Below the pieces are notes generated by a model. It was not told the DNA's origin. It was given only the letters and a program-made list of their open reading frames with translations, and made no database searches. 64,000 nt of DNA from Nannocystales bacterium (GTDB lineage Bacteria > Myxococcota_A > Polyangia > Nannocystales > Nannocystaceae). The stretch spans positions 544,001-608,000 of the forward strand of contig JBOEGF010000010.1 in the NCBI GenBank assembly GCA_050633305.1, read 5' to 3'. Positions 1 to 9,394 of the stretch are shown here, one piece after another (the first letter of the stretch is position 1; every line of letters starts with the position of its first letter). The position numbers and the translations under genes were made by a program.

Positions 1-1
1 G

Positions 2-382
2 GAGGATGTCGAGGCGATGTCGAGTCTCCGGACTCCCGCCGCGTCGCTCGACACCCCCGCGCGTGACGACGACACGGCCTCGATGGAGAGGGTGTGTGAC
101 CCCGCGCCGTCGCCTGAAGAGGAACTCGCCGATGCCGAGTTGGCACAGCGGCTTCACGGTGCGCTCGATGACTACGCGGCCGAGCTCGACGGCGCAGCGC
201 TGGCGATGCTCCGCACCCGCGTCGCGAGTACGTCCCCGACCCCGCTGCGAGACCTTGGCGCGCAATGGGGACTCTCGAACGCGGCTGTTCGCCGCCTCGA
301 GAAGCGGGTGTCGAATCCTCTACGGCGCCACCTCTACCGCAGCATGGGCGATGCGGTGGTCGAGACGCTGGGCAGCTGCTGA
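2..382 (+). CDS. RNA polymerase sigma-70 family factor (RpoH/SigB-like), C-terminal fragment; 5' end lies outside the window
   Basis: SLDTP...SPEEELADAE (region 3.2-like), then PLRDLGAQWGLSNAAVRRLEKR resembling the sigma region 4 HTH (TLxELGxxxGVSxERVRQIE). The frame is open to the window edge. Confidence 0.7.
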   Translation, partial: EDVEAMSSLRTPAASLDTPARDDDTASMERVCDPAPSPEEELADAELAQRLHGALDDYAAELDGAALAMLRTRVASTSPTPLRDLGAQWGLSNAAVRRLEKRVSNPLRRHLYRSMGDAVVETLGSC

Positions 383-525
383 CCGACCTTTTTTGCGTCC
401 GTTGGCATCGAATCCGCGGCGCGTGGCTACACCTGCGCCCGTTGTCGCAGCAGCCCCCGTCGCTGCGCCGGCGCCTGCTGCTGTGCTGACGCCGGCCGTC
501 TTGACCGAACGCCGCCGGGGCGGGA

Positions 526-1950
526 CTACTTGCCCGCCTTCTTGGTGTGTTTGCGAGCCAGGAGCAACGCGACCTGCTCCGGGTCCTCATCGCGGTACTG
601 GTTCATCCGGTACTGGATGGTCCGCGGGGATACGCCGAGGATCTTGGCGGCCTTGGACGTGCTTCCGCCGACCGACTCCAGGGTTTTGAGGATGACGTAG
701 CGCTCGACCTCGGCCATCGAGGAGCCGGGAACGATCGGGAGCTCGTCGAGTGCTCGCCCCGAGCCCAAGATCGCCCGCGGAAGATGACGCACGTCGATCT
801 CGAAGTCGTTGCACAAAGCGACAGCGTGCTCGATGCAGTTCTCGAGTTGTCGGACGTTGCCCGGCCAGTCGTAGCTACGCAGCGCGTCCAGACTACGCTC
901 GCTGATGCTGCGGATCTGCTTTCGGGCTCGGCTGGCGTGTTGAGAGAGGAAGTGCATCGCCAACAGGGGAATGTCGTCCGCCCGCTCCCGTAGCGTCGGC
1001 ATGCGAACGTTGATCACGTTGAGCCGGTAGAACAGGTCTTCGCGGAACCGTCCCTCCTTGACGTCGTTGAGCAGGTCGCGGTGCGTCGCCGCGATCACCC
1101 GCACATCGACGGAGATCGGCGTGTCTCCGCCCACGCGCTCGTACGTCCGCTCCTGCAACACCCGGAGCAGCTTGACCTGGACCGAGAGTGGGATCTCGCC
1201 GACCTCGTCGAGGAAGAGGGTGCCGCCGTTGGCCCGACCGAAGCGGCCGTCGCGGGCCGAGTCCGCTCCCGTGAAGGCTCCCTTTTCGTGCCCGAAGAGT
1301 TCGCTCTCCAGGACCCCTTCGGCCAGTGCTGCGCAGTGCACTGGGACAAACGGGCCATCGCCTCGTGGACTGGACCGATGAAGAGCCTGGGCTGCGAGCT
1401 CTTTTCCCGTTCCGCTCTCGCCCGTGAGCAGGACCGATGCCGGGGAATCAGCGACCTGATGGAGGAGATCGAGGACGTCTCGGGAGGCCTTCGACTGGCC
1501 CACCCAGCCCAGGCCAGGCTTCTCGGCTTCGCGTTCTCGGCGGAACTGTTCCAGCTCGCGCGCCGTCTCGCGGTGGGCCAGCAGACGCTCGACGACCACG
1601 AGCAGCTCGTCGAACCGGATCGGCTTGGTGAGGTAGTCGTCCGCGCCCTGCTGCATGGCATCGACTGCTCGCTCGACCGTGCTGTACGCGGTCATCACGA
1701 TCACCCCAACCTCGGGGTGAGCCTCTTGAACCTTCGCCATCAGCTGCGTGCCGTCCATGCCGGGCATGTGGACGTCGGTGATCAGCAGGTCCGGGACCGC
1801 CGCTTCGACCAGGCCAAGGGCCTTGAATGCGTCAGCCGCGCCACGAACCTCATATCCTTCTTCGCGCAGCAACTCCACGAGACCGGAGCGGGCGCTGGAT
1901 TCGTCGTCCACGACGAGGATCTGGGTACGTCTCGCGGAGCTCTTCGGCAT
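526..1950 (-). CDS. Sigma54-dependent response regulator (NtrC/AtoC family: receiver, AAA+, Fis HTH)
   Basis: ILVVDDE and DVHMPGMDG receiver motifs; GESGTGKE Walker A; ESELFGHEKGAFTGA; LFLDEVGE; GRFREDLFYRLNV; WPGNVRQL; C-terminal AAKILGVSPRTI HTH. Confidence 0.96.
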   Translation of the reverse strand: MPKSSARRTQILVVDDESSARSGLVELLREEGYEVRGAADAFKALGLVEAAVPDLLITDVHMPGMDGTQLMAKVQEAHPEVGVIVMTAYSTVERAVDAMQQGADDYLTKPIRFDELLVVVERLLAHRETARELEQFRREREAEKPGLGWVGQSKASRDVLDLLHQVADSPASVLLTGESGTGKELAAQALHRSSPRGDGPFVPVHCAALAEGVLESELFGHEKGAFTGADSARDGRFGRANGGTLFLDEVGEIPLSVQVKLLRVLQERTYERVGGDTPISVDVRVIAATHRDLLNDVKEGRFREDLFYRLNVINVRMPTLRERADDIPLLAMHFLSQHASRARKQIRSISERSLDALRSYDWPGNVRQLENCIEHAVALCNDFEIDVRHLPRAILGSGRALDELPIVPGSSMAEVERYVILKTLESVGGSTSKAAKILGVSPRTIQYRMNQYRDEDPEQVALLLARKHTKKAGK

Positions 1951-2073
1951 AGCAGATCGGTAGGATGCGAAATGTAGGGCCAGTGCAGCCGGCAGATTCT
2001 GCGCCCGCCCAAAGAAAAACCGCGCCGGGCCGCGAAGAGCGGCCGGACGCGGTTTGGGTGAAGAGTCACGCGC

Positions 2074-4557
2074 TCAGTCGGCCTTGTTCGCCTCGCGCTC
2101 CCTCTTCTTGTCCCACTTGGCCTTCTTGCGCTTCAGCCAGGGCTTGTACTTGCCCTCTTCGAGCAGCGGGAGGCCGTCGCGTTCCCGGATGAGGTTGGGG
2201 AGTTGGCCCATGACCGCGCGTCGGCAGTTCTCCGTGTACGAGATCCGCTCGTGCCCGGCCCGTTCCAGGAGTTCGTCGGCTCGATAGAACCCGTTCTTGA
2301 CGACTTGCTCTGGCGTTGGGACGCGGTACCAAACCTTGATCAGGTCGACCCTTCGTGGCGCCTCTCCATCATGCTCTCGCGCCCACTGACGACAGTGGTA
2401 GCGGGCAAACCACTTCCGGTACCACGCGTTGGGCCCGGATTCTCCACCGATCACGCGTCGGTTGATCTTGCGCATGCGGTCGTTCCAGATCCACGGCTGT
2501 GGCTTCTGTTCCTCGGCATAGACGTCGGTACGAAGGTCCCAAGACTCGCCGCTGGCGTCGGTCACCATGACCTTGAGGAAGACGTTGCTACGCGGTGGGT
2601 TGGGCGCAAACATGCCCCATCCCTGGTCGGTCGTCGTCCGTGTGAGGTAGGTCGTGAACACGCCGCGCGCCTGGTTCCGAAAGGTGGAAAGGCTGTCCTT
2701 TCCGGGCATCAGCCAAGTCGCGACAGCGACCAGGTGCCACACGACAAGCCCGCCGATGACCAGTCGCCCCGCCGGGCCGTAGGCCCAGGGTTCGCGTCCA
2801 GCGATCGTGGCATCCGCACGACCCCGGTTTCGGCGCGCTTGGGCGACCGCGATGCCGGCCGTGACCAGCGCGGTGCCGACCCAGATCCACCGGAAGTCCC
2901 ACTCGGGCTGAACTTTCACTTTCACGACCACCCCGGTGAGCACACCGACCAAGGCGAGCATGAGGGCGCCCATGGGCAGACGGGCGCCGTCCCGCGGCAG
3001 GCCCGGGAGGGTGACGTCGGCGGCGGGCAGGACCGGCAGTCGTTCGCGGACCGACTTGGGCATGGGGATGCCCCACACGTGAAGGCGGTGCCCGATGTCT
3101 CGCAGCGCTGCCGCGATCTCGTGCCCTCGGATGAACGCGAACGTCGCGGACATCATGCCCGTCTGAAACTGACCCACGTTCATCATCGTGAAGATGTGCC
3201 CGTGGAATGCCAGGTGCCAGACAAGCAGCACGCGGCGCCCGAGGATCCAGGTGCAGACCCATTTGCGGTCGATGATCGCGGGGGTCTCTCGCTTCCATCG
3301 GCCGAACCCACGGAACTGGAACGGGTTGTTGCCGAGCTTGTGCCACAGCAGGTACAGACCAACCCACAAGCCGATCCACAGACCGGTCCAGGTCTGGGCT
3401 GAGACCCCCTTGGGGGTGACGTGGACCGGGTACGCGACGTAGATGATCGCTGCGGTGAGTCCGATGATCGAGAACCAGGTGCCGCGAATGGCCCACTGGC
3501 GCCAGCGTGCGTAGGGTTCGAAGTTCTGCGCGATCGACCACCGCGTGACGATGCCGAAGATGATCAGCGCGAACGACATCTGCCCGACCTTGGTCGCGTA
3601 CGTCATGCCGCGGAACACCGTGGTGGCGCCCAGCGAAGAGAGGTACTGGGGCGGGACCCGGTAGAAGTGGTCGAGGTTGAGCGCGTAGTACATCGCGTCC
3701 CCGGCCATCCAGACACTTCCGGTCTTGAGGGTTCCGGTGGTGACGTAGATGGTCGCGAGCTGAAGCATGATCAGCTTGCGGGGCCACGACGGGATGCGGC
3801 GGTAGATGGGCTCGAGCCCCTGCGGGTGCTCGTCGTCGGGGCTCAGACCCGCGCCTTCGCCCGGTCCGCCTCGCTCGCTCAGTCTCCCTTGTTTGCGGAG
3901 CTTCCGGCAGCGCAGCCAGTTGTCCACGCTGTAGGCGTGACCGCTACGCGCGAGGACCAGATAGACCAACATCGTCCGGTAGACGATCTCGGTGCCTTCC
4001 CAGCCCAGCGAGTTGCGGGTCAGGATGCTGTTCATCAAGAACCAGGTCAGCACCCCCATCAGCCGGGTGCGGAACCCGATGATGAAGCAGATCGCGACGG
4101 CCTGGAACGCGAACAGATGGATCCAAAACGCGGTCGGAGAGTCCCAGAAGTAGAGCAGGGACCACTTGGGCCCCTTGAGGAATTCCCACCAGGCGGCGGC
4201 GTCGAAGAACCCGTAGGGCTCGCCTTCCACCATGCCATCGCCGAAACCGGCGAACTGTTTGCCCGCGAAGACCTGTCGCGCAACGTCGGCGGGGAAGATG
4301 CCCTCGTCGGTGTAGAGGAACGTGAAGACGTCCCACATGCCGTTGATGTTTGCGAGGACGAAGAACCCGAAGACGATTCGGAAGAACGCAATCCCCCGGG
4401 GGTCTTCGGCGCTGAGCCACCACCGCTTCCAACGGTCCGCGTGAAGAATGAAGAAGAGGATGACCGCGACGGCGCATCCAAGGAGGAGCCACCCCATCGT
4501 GGGCGAGAGGGCGACGGCCTCCTCGTTGACGGCTTTCTTTGCGAGTGCGAGCAACAT
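2074..4557 (-). CDS. HTTM-domain integral membrane protein with C-terminal QGWGMFAPNP (SdpA/DUF5819-like) domain
   Basis: IAFFRIVFG, CFIIGFRTRL, YSVDNWL, QLATIYVTTGTLK..WMAGDAM and FHGHIF are typical of HTTM proteins; many TM helices; WGMFAPNP motif near the C-terminus. Confidence 0.8.
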   Translation of the reverse strand: MLLALAKKAVNEEAVALSPTMGWLLLGCAVAVILFFILHADRWKRWWLSAEDPRGIAFFRIVFGFFVLANINGMWDVFTFLYTDEGIFPADVARQVFAGKQFAGFGDGMVEGEPYGFFDAAAWWEFLKGPKWSLLYFWDSPTAFWIHLFAFQAVAICFIIGFRTRLMGVLTWFLMNSILTRNSLGWEGTEIVYRTMLVYLVLARSGHAYSVDNWLRCRKLRKQGRLSERGGPGEGAGLSPDDEHPQGLEPIYRRIPSWPRKLIMLQLATIYVTTGTLKTGSVWMAGDAMYYALNLDHFYRVPPQYLSSLGATTVFRGMTYATKVGQMSFALIIFGIVTRWSIAQNFEPYARWRQWAIRGTWFSIIGLTAAIIYVAYPVHVTPKGVSAQTWTGLWIGLWVGLYLLWHKLGNNPFQFRGFGRWKRETPAIIDRKWVCTWILGRRVLLVWHLAFHGHIFTMMNVGQFQTGMMSATFAFIRGHEIAAALRDIGHRLHVWGIPMPKSVRERLPVLPAADVTLPGLPRDGARLPMGALMLALVGVLTGVVVKVKVQPEWDFRWIWVGTALVTAGIAVAQARRNRGRADATIAGREPWAYGPAGRLVIGGLVVWHLVAVATWLMPGKDSLSTFRNQARGVFTTYLTRTTTDQGWGMFAPNPPRSNVFLKVMVTDASGESWDLRTDVYAEEQKPQPWIWNDRMRKINRRVIGGESGPNAWYRKWFARYHCRQWAREHDGEAPRRVDLIKVWYRVPTPEQVVKNGFYRADELLERAGHERISYTENCRRAVMGQLPNLIRERDGLPLLEEGKYKPWLKRKKAKWDKKREREANKAD

Positions 4558-4569
4558 GCCGGCCTCCGA

Positions 4570-4830
4570 TCAGGTCGATGCTGGCGAAGGCAGGCCCGCG
4601 CCGAGGTCGGCAGCAGGCTCTTTGGCGAGCGGTTTGGAGGGACGACCAGCCAACGGTGCGGCAGGGGGGAAGGGGGGTTCACCGCCCTGCATGACTGGGT
4701 TTGCGCGCTCCGCCTCCGTTCGCATGGCCCATCGCCAAACGAAGTAGATAAAGGCCGCGCCGAAGACCCACAGGCTACCCATGGTGCCGAAGATCGCGAC
4801 GTCGAGGAGTTGGAGCGCAAGCAAGCTCAT
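4570..4830 (-). CDS. Small membrane-anchored hypothetical protein (86 aa)
   Basis: ATG at 4830 gives a hydrophobic N-terminus (MSLLALQLLDVAIFGTMGSLWVFGAAFIYFVWRW) and a Pro-rich tail; ends 12 bp upstream of the HTTM gene on the same strand. Confidence 0.5.
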   Translation of the reverse strand: MSLLALQLLDVAIFGTMGSLWVFGAAFIYFVWRWAMRTEAERANPVMQGGEPPFPPAAPLAGRPSKPLAKEPAADLGAGLPSPAST

Positions 4831-4999
4831 GCCTTCAATGGTGCCGGCCGGAGAAATCCGGCGACCGGAAAGGGCTGCGTCGAGCCCTTGACCCCGACCG
4901 GCAGGAATTGCGTGGCAAACCTCAGGTCTCCCGGCTGCCTCGACGGGCTTCGCGCGGAAACGACCTACAAAGCGCAGACCTGGCGGCTTGAAACGCTTG

Positions 5000-6055
5000 T
5001 CAGCCGCCCAGCAGGGAAATGTCGAACGTTGCGTCGAGAGGCATCGCGCCGTCTTGGATCCTCCAGCGTTGAATACCGCCGGGCGCCCGCGTGTAGACGG
5101 TGAGCCCTTGGCGTTCATGGCGAAGCGCGAACGGCACTGGGGCAGCGAAGGGCAGCTGACACGCGAAGTCGTGGTTCATCCCACGGCGGACCTCGCGACG
5201 TTCGTCGACAAGAACGCTGAATCGTCCCTTGTGCTCTCGGGCGACCCACATCCACTCCGTGCGGTCGCGGTCGAGGGAGAGCATCGTGCGGTCGCTCGGC
5301 ATGGTGATCGTGCTGATGAACGCGAAGTGGAGCGTGTCGTCTCCGACGTCCACGCTCAGGGTCCGGCGAGGGAGTTTCCGCCGCTTGCCGAGCGCGCTTG
5401 CCTTGGCCAATGGATCCGGAGTCGTGCTGTTGACCTCGGTCATCAGCACCCGATGTTCTTCATCGGATCCGTCTTCACACAGGGCTTTGCGGTAGTCGAC
5501 ACGGAACCGCTCGAACACGATCTCCGGCGCGGGCGCGTTGACGGATGCGAGGAACACGGGCCGAAGCGCGATATCTTCGACATCGAGTGGTCCCGGCGTC
5601 GTGGGCGTGAGGGTCCAAGGGGGAGCGCCGACCGTGTCGCCGAAGGTTTTCGCGTCGTCGCTGGCGTCGAAGTCGATGAACGCACAGCTGTCTAGGGGAG
5701 CGTTCGCCTCGCATCCGTCGTGCATGACGGTGTTGAGCCTGTGTCGCCACCGACTTCCATCCGGAGAGACGACGAACACCGTTTGTCCGACCTTCGCCCA
5801 TGACGCCAGACCGGGTCCGGCGACGACTTGGCCTACGAAGACCGGTTGGTCATCGAAGCGTCGAACCCCGCCGACGGGTTGAACCGGCGTCGGCTCGGAG
5901 GGCGCAGCCTCGACCCAGTGTTCAGTCGGGGGCGCTGCCTCGAGCTCGGGTTTGGCAGAGGGGACTGCCGCCATCGCCGGCGGTGTGGGACCGGGGGGCT
6001 CCGGCCGACACGCGACGAGGCAGCCCACAATGAGAACTGCTCGGCTCGCCTTCAT
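5000..6055 (-). CDS. Hypothetical lipoprotein
   Basis: MKASRAVLIVGCLVAC lipobox; Pro-rich linker; ATGA overlap with the stop of the upstream kinase gene. Confidence 0.7.
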   Translation of the reverse strand: MKASRAVLIVGCLVACRPEPPGPTPPAMAAVPSAKPELEAAPPTEHWVEAAPSEPTPVQPVGGVRRFDDQPVFVGQVVAGPGLASWAKVGQTVFVVSPDGSRWRHRLNTVMHDGCEANAPLDSCAFIDFDASDDAKTFGDTVGAPPWTLTPTTPGPLDVEDIALRPVFLASVNAPAPEIVFERFRVDYRKALCEDGSDEEHRVLMTEVNSTTPDPLAKASALGKRRKLPRRTLSVDVGDDTLHFAFISTITMPSDRTMLSLDRDRTEWMWVAREHKGRFSVLVDERREVRRGMNHDFACQLPFAAPVPFALRHERQGLTVYTRAPGGIQRWRIQDGAMPLDATFDISLLGG

Positions 6056-7530
6056 TCTCCCAGCTCCACGAGGATCGCATCGAGCGCTTCGATGTACTCC
6101 TGTGCGTCGCCATAGCGGTCGCTTGGCGTCTTGGCGAGGCCTCGGTCCACCAGTTCGTCGATCGCGTCCGCCACGGTCTGCGTCGGGGCAACCGGGCGTG
6201 GGACGAGTTCGCTGACAAGGGGCGGGGTGGTGCTCACGTGCATCGTCAGCAGCGTGACCATGTCGGAAGCGCGGAAGGGCAGCTTACCCGTGAGCATCTC
6301 GAACAGCAGGACGCTGAGCGAGTAGAGGTCGGCACGGCCGTCCACGGTGTGCGCGATGGCTTGCTCCGGGGCGATGTAGGCCGGCGTTCCCAGAGTCATG
6401 CCCGCGGCGGTGAGCCGTGCGGTCTCCGGGTCGAAGGTGTCGTCGGGCAGCTTCGCGATCCCCAGGTCGATGAGCTTGACCACCGGAGCATCGTCTTCGA
6501 CGACGAACAAGACGTTGTCGGACTTGACGTCCCGGTGGACGACCCTTCGCTCGTGAAGGTGTCCGAGCGCCAGGAGAATCTGTCGGGCGATCTCGAGGGC
6601 CTGCCGCGGGTCGAACGCGCCCTCGAGCATCCGGTCGGCGAGGTTGCGTCCCTCGATCACGTCGAGCGCAATCCAGCGCGCTCCGGGAAGCTCACCATGG
6701 GCGTGGCTTCGGACGAAGTGCTTGTGATGAATCATGTTCATCGCCAGGCACTCGCGGTCGAATCGGGCTCGGATCCCCTCTGTGCCGGGCCCCAGAAACA
6801 CCACCTTGAGTGCGACGTCTTCTCCGGTTTGCTCATCCAACGCGCGGTGGACGACGCCCATCCCTCCGGCGCCCAGTCGGGGTCCAAGGCGGTAGCGGCC
6901 GCCGATGACCGGTGGGAGGTCGGCCGGGCTTGTGACGGGCGGTGGGGTGTCCTTGGCGGGGGCAGGTGCGGCCCCCGGGGCGGTCAGCAGGTCGACGAAG
7001 CGGGAGCGCGCCTCTTCGAGTTGGACCTCGAACTCAGGCAGGGGGATGCCCATGGCCTTGGCGACCTCCGAAGGCTCGTTCCCCTCGAGCTCGACCAGCG
7101 TCAGCATGGTGCGCTGCTGCGAGCTCATCTGGCTCAGCGCGACCCGGACTGCATCTGCGACGACCTGCTTGCCCGCGTGCAGCGACAGGTTGGCTGCACT
7201 GAGCAGCTGGGGTCGCGACAGCGGGGCCGCGATCGCGGCATCGACTTCGTAGTCGCCCGCAACATCCTTGGCCATGCCGATGAGCCACGGGTGGAAGCCT
7301 CGCGGATCGGGAAGCTCGTGAAGTCGGTTGGCAGCCCGAACGAACAGCTTCTCGCACGCGGGCTCGGCTTGATCGGGGTCGGAGAGGATCGCGGAGAGGA
7401 TCCGGTACAACGGGATCTGGTACCGACGCACCAGCTCCGAGTAGGCAAGCGCATCCTGCCCCTCTCGATAGGCTTCGATGAGCGCTTGGTCGGTCGACTG
7501 GATGTCGACCGTGTGCTGCTCTTCACTCAT
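6052..7530 (-). CDS. ECF-type sigma factor fused to a Hanks-type Ser/Thr protein kinase
   Basis: N-half has DQALIEAYREG..AYSELVRRYQ..FHPWL (sigma2) and ALSQMSSQQRTMLTLVELEG..EVAKAMGI (sigma4). C-half has GAGGMG, VALK, HRDVKSDN, DLG, GTPAYIAPE and DLYSL. Start taken at ATG 7530. Confidence 0.85.
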   Translation of the reverse strand: MSEEQHTVDIQSTDQALIEAYREGQDALAYSELVRRYQIPLYRILSAILSDPDQAEPACEKLFVRAANRLHELPDPRGFHPWLIGMAKDVAGDYEVDAAIAAPLSRPQLLSAANLSLHAGKQVVADAVRVALSQMSSQQRTMLTLVELEGNEPSEVAKAMGIPLPEFEVQLEEARSRFVDLLTAPGAAPAPAKDTPPPVTSPADLPPVIGGRYRLGPRLGAGGMGVVHRALDEQTGEDVALKVVFLGPGTEGIRARFDRECLAMNMIHHKHFVRSHAHGELPGARWIALDVIEGRNLADRMLEGAFDPRQALEIARQILLALGHLHERRVVHRDVKSDNVLFVVEDDAPVVKLIDLGIAKLPDDTFDPETARLTAAGMTLGTPAYIAPEQAIAHTVDGRADLYSLSVLLFEMLTGKLPFRASDMVTLLTMHVSTTPPLVSELVPRPVAPTQTVADAIDELVDRGLAKTPSDRYGDAQEYIEALDAILVELGE

Positions 7531-7564
7531 CGGTGTCGATCGGCGGCCATCCGGTTTACGCCGG

Positions 7565-8416
7565 TTACGGTTGTGCCTGGCGCTGGAGGCCTGACAGAAC
7601 GTGTCTGGCTGGCACGAAGTGCTCATTGCCCTGTGCGTCCTTCAGCATCACGCCCAGGGGAACGAACTTTTGGACGACGCCCCGGGTCTCCTCCAGCTTC
7701 ACGTCATCCCCCACGCGGACAAGCTGGCGGAGGTAGTAGTTGGCGATGATCTCCTCTGCAGGGCGGCGCATCGACCACGCCATGAGGAACGCGACGAGGC
7801 CCAGCATCACGATCACGAACACGCTGAGGTTCGACGTGATGAACGAGACGTCCAGACCCAGGGACTCCAGCGTGATCAGGCCGACGATGACCATGATGCC
7901 CAGCTCGATCGGTGCCTCGAACATCTTGGTTCGGCCACCCTTGAACTCCGAGAAGAAGGCACCCGCGAGGCGAGCCGCGGCACTTGCGGCCACGCTTCCG
8001 ATCGCGATGATGAGCAGCGCCGAGATGATCTTCGGCAGGTAGCTGAGGGCGGCGAGGACGGCGGTCGATGCTGCCTCGATGCCCAAGGCATCCGCCGCAG
8101 AGGTCACGGCCATCAGAAGGATTGCCAGATAGGCCAGGTTGGCCACCGCCCACGACGGCGTTGCGTCCTGGCGGAAGGCCTGCAGCATGCGCCCGAGTCG
8201 GGTCTCCGAGACCACCTTGTCTAGCGGAGTCACCTGCAGCACGCGCTTGACGACGCCTCGCACCACACGAGCGGCCAGCCAGAGCGCGAGGAACACGAAT
8301 ACGGCCGAGCCGACCGACGGCGCGTACTCGGCGACGCTCGTCGACACCGACTCGGCGAGGCGGCCCAGGGTGCTCGCCGGGTCGACGAACGCGAGAGGAA
8401 GTTCAGGATGGGTCAC
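7565..8416 (-). CDS. Small-conductance mechanosensitive channel family protein (MscS / TM-helix repeat, CmpX-like)
   Basis: Multiple TM segments; YLPKIISALLII repeat motif; C-terminal LVRVGDDV...GVVQK...HFVP beta domain. The GTG start is inferred. Confidence 0.75.
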   Translation of the reverse strand: MTHPELPLAFVDPASTLGRLAESVSTSVAEYAPSVGSAVFVFLALWLAARVVRGVVKRVLQVTPLDKVVSETRLGRMLQAFRQDATPSWAVANLAYLAILLMAVTSAADALGIEAASTAVLAALSYLPKIISALLIIAIGSVAASAAARLAGAFFSEFKGGRTKMFEAPIELGIMVIVGLITLESLGLDVSFITSNLSVFVIVMLGLVAFLMAWSMRRPAEEIIANYYLRQLVRVGDDVKLEETRGVVQKFVPLGVMLKDAQGNEHFVPARHVLSGLQRQAQP

Positions 8417-8642
8417 GGTCGGACTCCGGCGTCGCGTCAGTGCGCAACCAGCTGAGAGGGGCAGCGAACATGAGCATCGCAACTTCGGCGACCGTGGTCA
8501 TGAGTGTGACCTTGGACCCGACCTTGTCGGCAAACTCGGAAGGGGGCGGAGGCCCCAGCGCCACACCGAGCAATGCGCCGATGTCCACGGCTTGTGGCCG
8601 CACGCGGTCTGGATCAGGTGGCGCCTCGCTCACGGCTTGCAT
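8403..8642 (-). CDS. Small hypothetical protein (79 aa)
   Basis: ATG-initiated ORF with one hydrophobic stretch; overlaps the start of the MscS-like gene, consistent with an operon. Confidence 0.45.
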   Translation of the reverse strand: MQAVSEAPPDPDRVRPQAVDIGALLGVALGPPPPSEFADKVGSKVTLMTTVAEVAMLMFAAPLSWLRTDATPESDRDPS

Positions 8643-8705
8643 GATAACGCCCGGAGCTACAGGGGTTCGAAGCGCTTCCCGCCCCGTTCCGTGGTGAGAT
8701 TTGAG

Positions 8706-8730
8706 ATGATAATGAAAGTCGATTGCAAAT
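8706..8730. promoter_or_regulatory. Fur-box-like operator 1
   Basis: ATGATAATGAAAGTCGATTGCAAAT; AT-rich island in a divergent intergenic gap; 13/19 match to GATAATGATAATCATTATC. Confidence 0.55.
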
Positions 8731-8757
8731 TGTGCGGGGTCCCCTGTAGCGTTCGCC

Positions 8758-9237
<480 letters not shown>

Positions 9238-9394
9238 GAAAATCGCAGTCCGAAATCGTTGTGCCGTCGTCGAGCTGTGGAATCGGGACTGGCCTTCGCG
9301 CCCCGCCTGAGCGTGTGGAGGATTTTGCGGGCTTCGTTGGGACGCGCAGGCGAGCGTCTGCCGCCCCCCGTCGTCTGCTGAACCCCAACCAACT

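Noticed and set aside
3421..5103. Long antisense ORFs (also 6238-7749, 21493-23058, 26308-28014, 62481-63983)
   Set aside because: Shadow ORFs opposite well-supported genes, as expected in high-GC DNA; no recognisable motifs.
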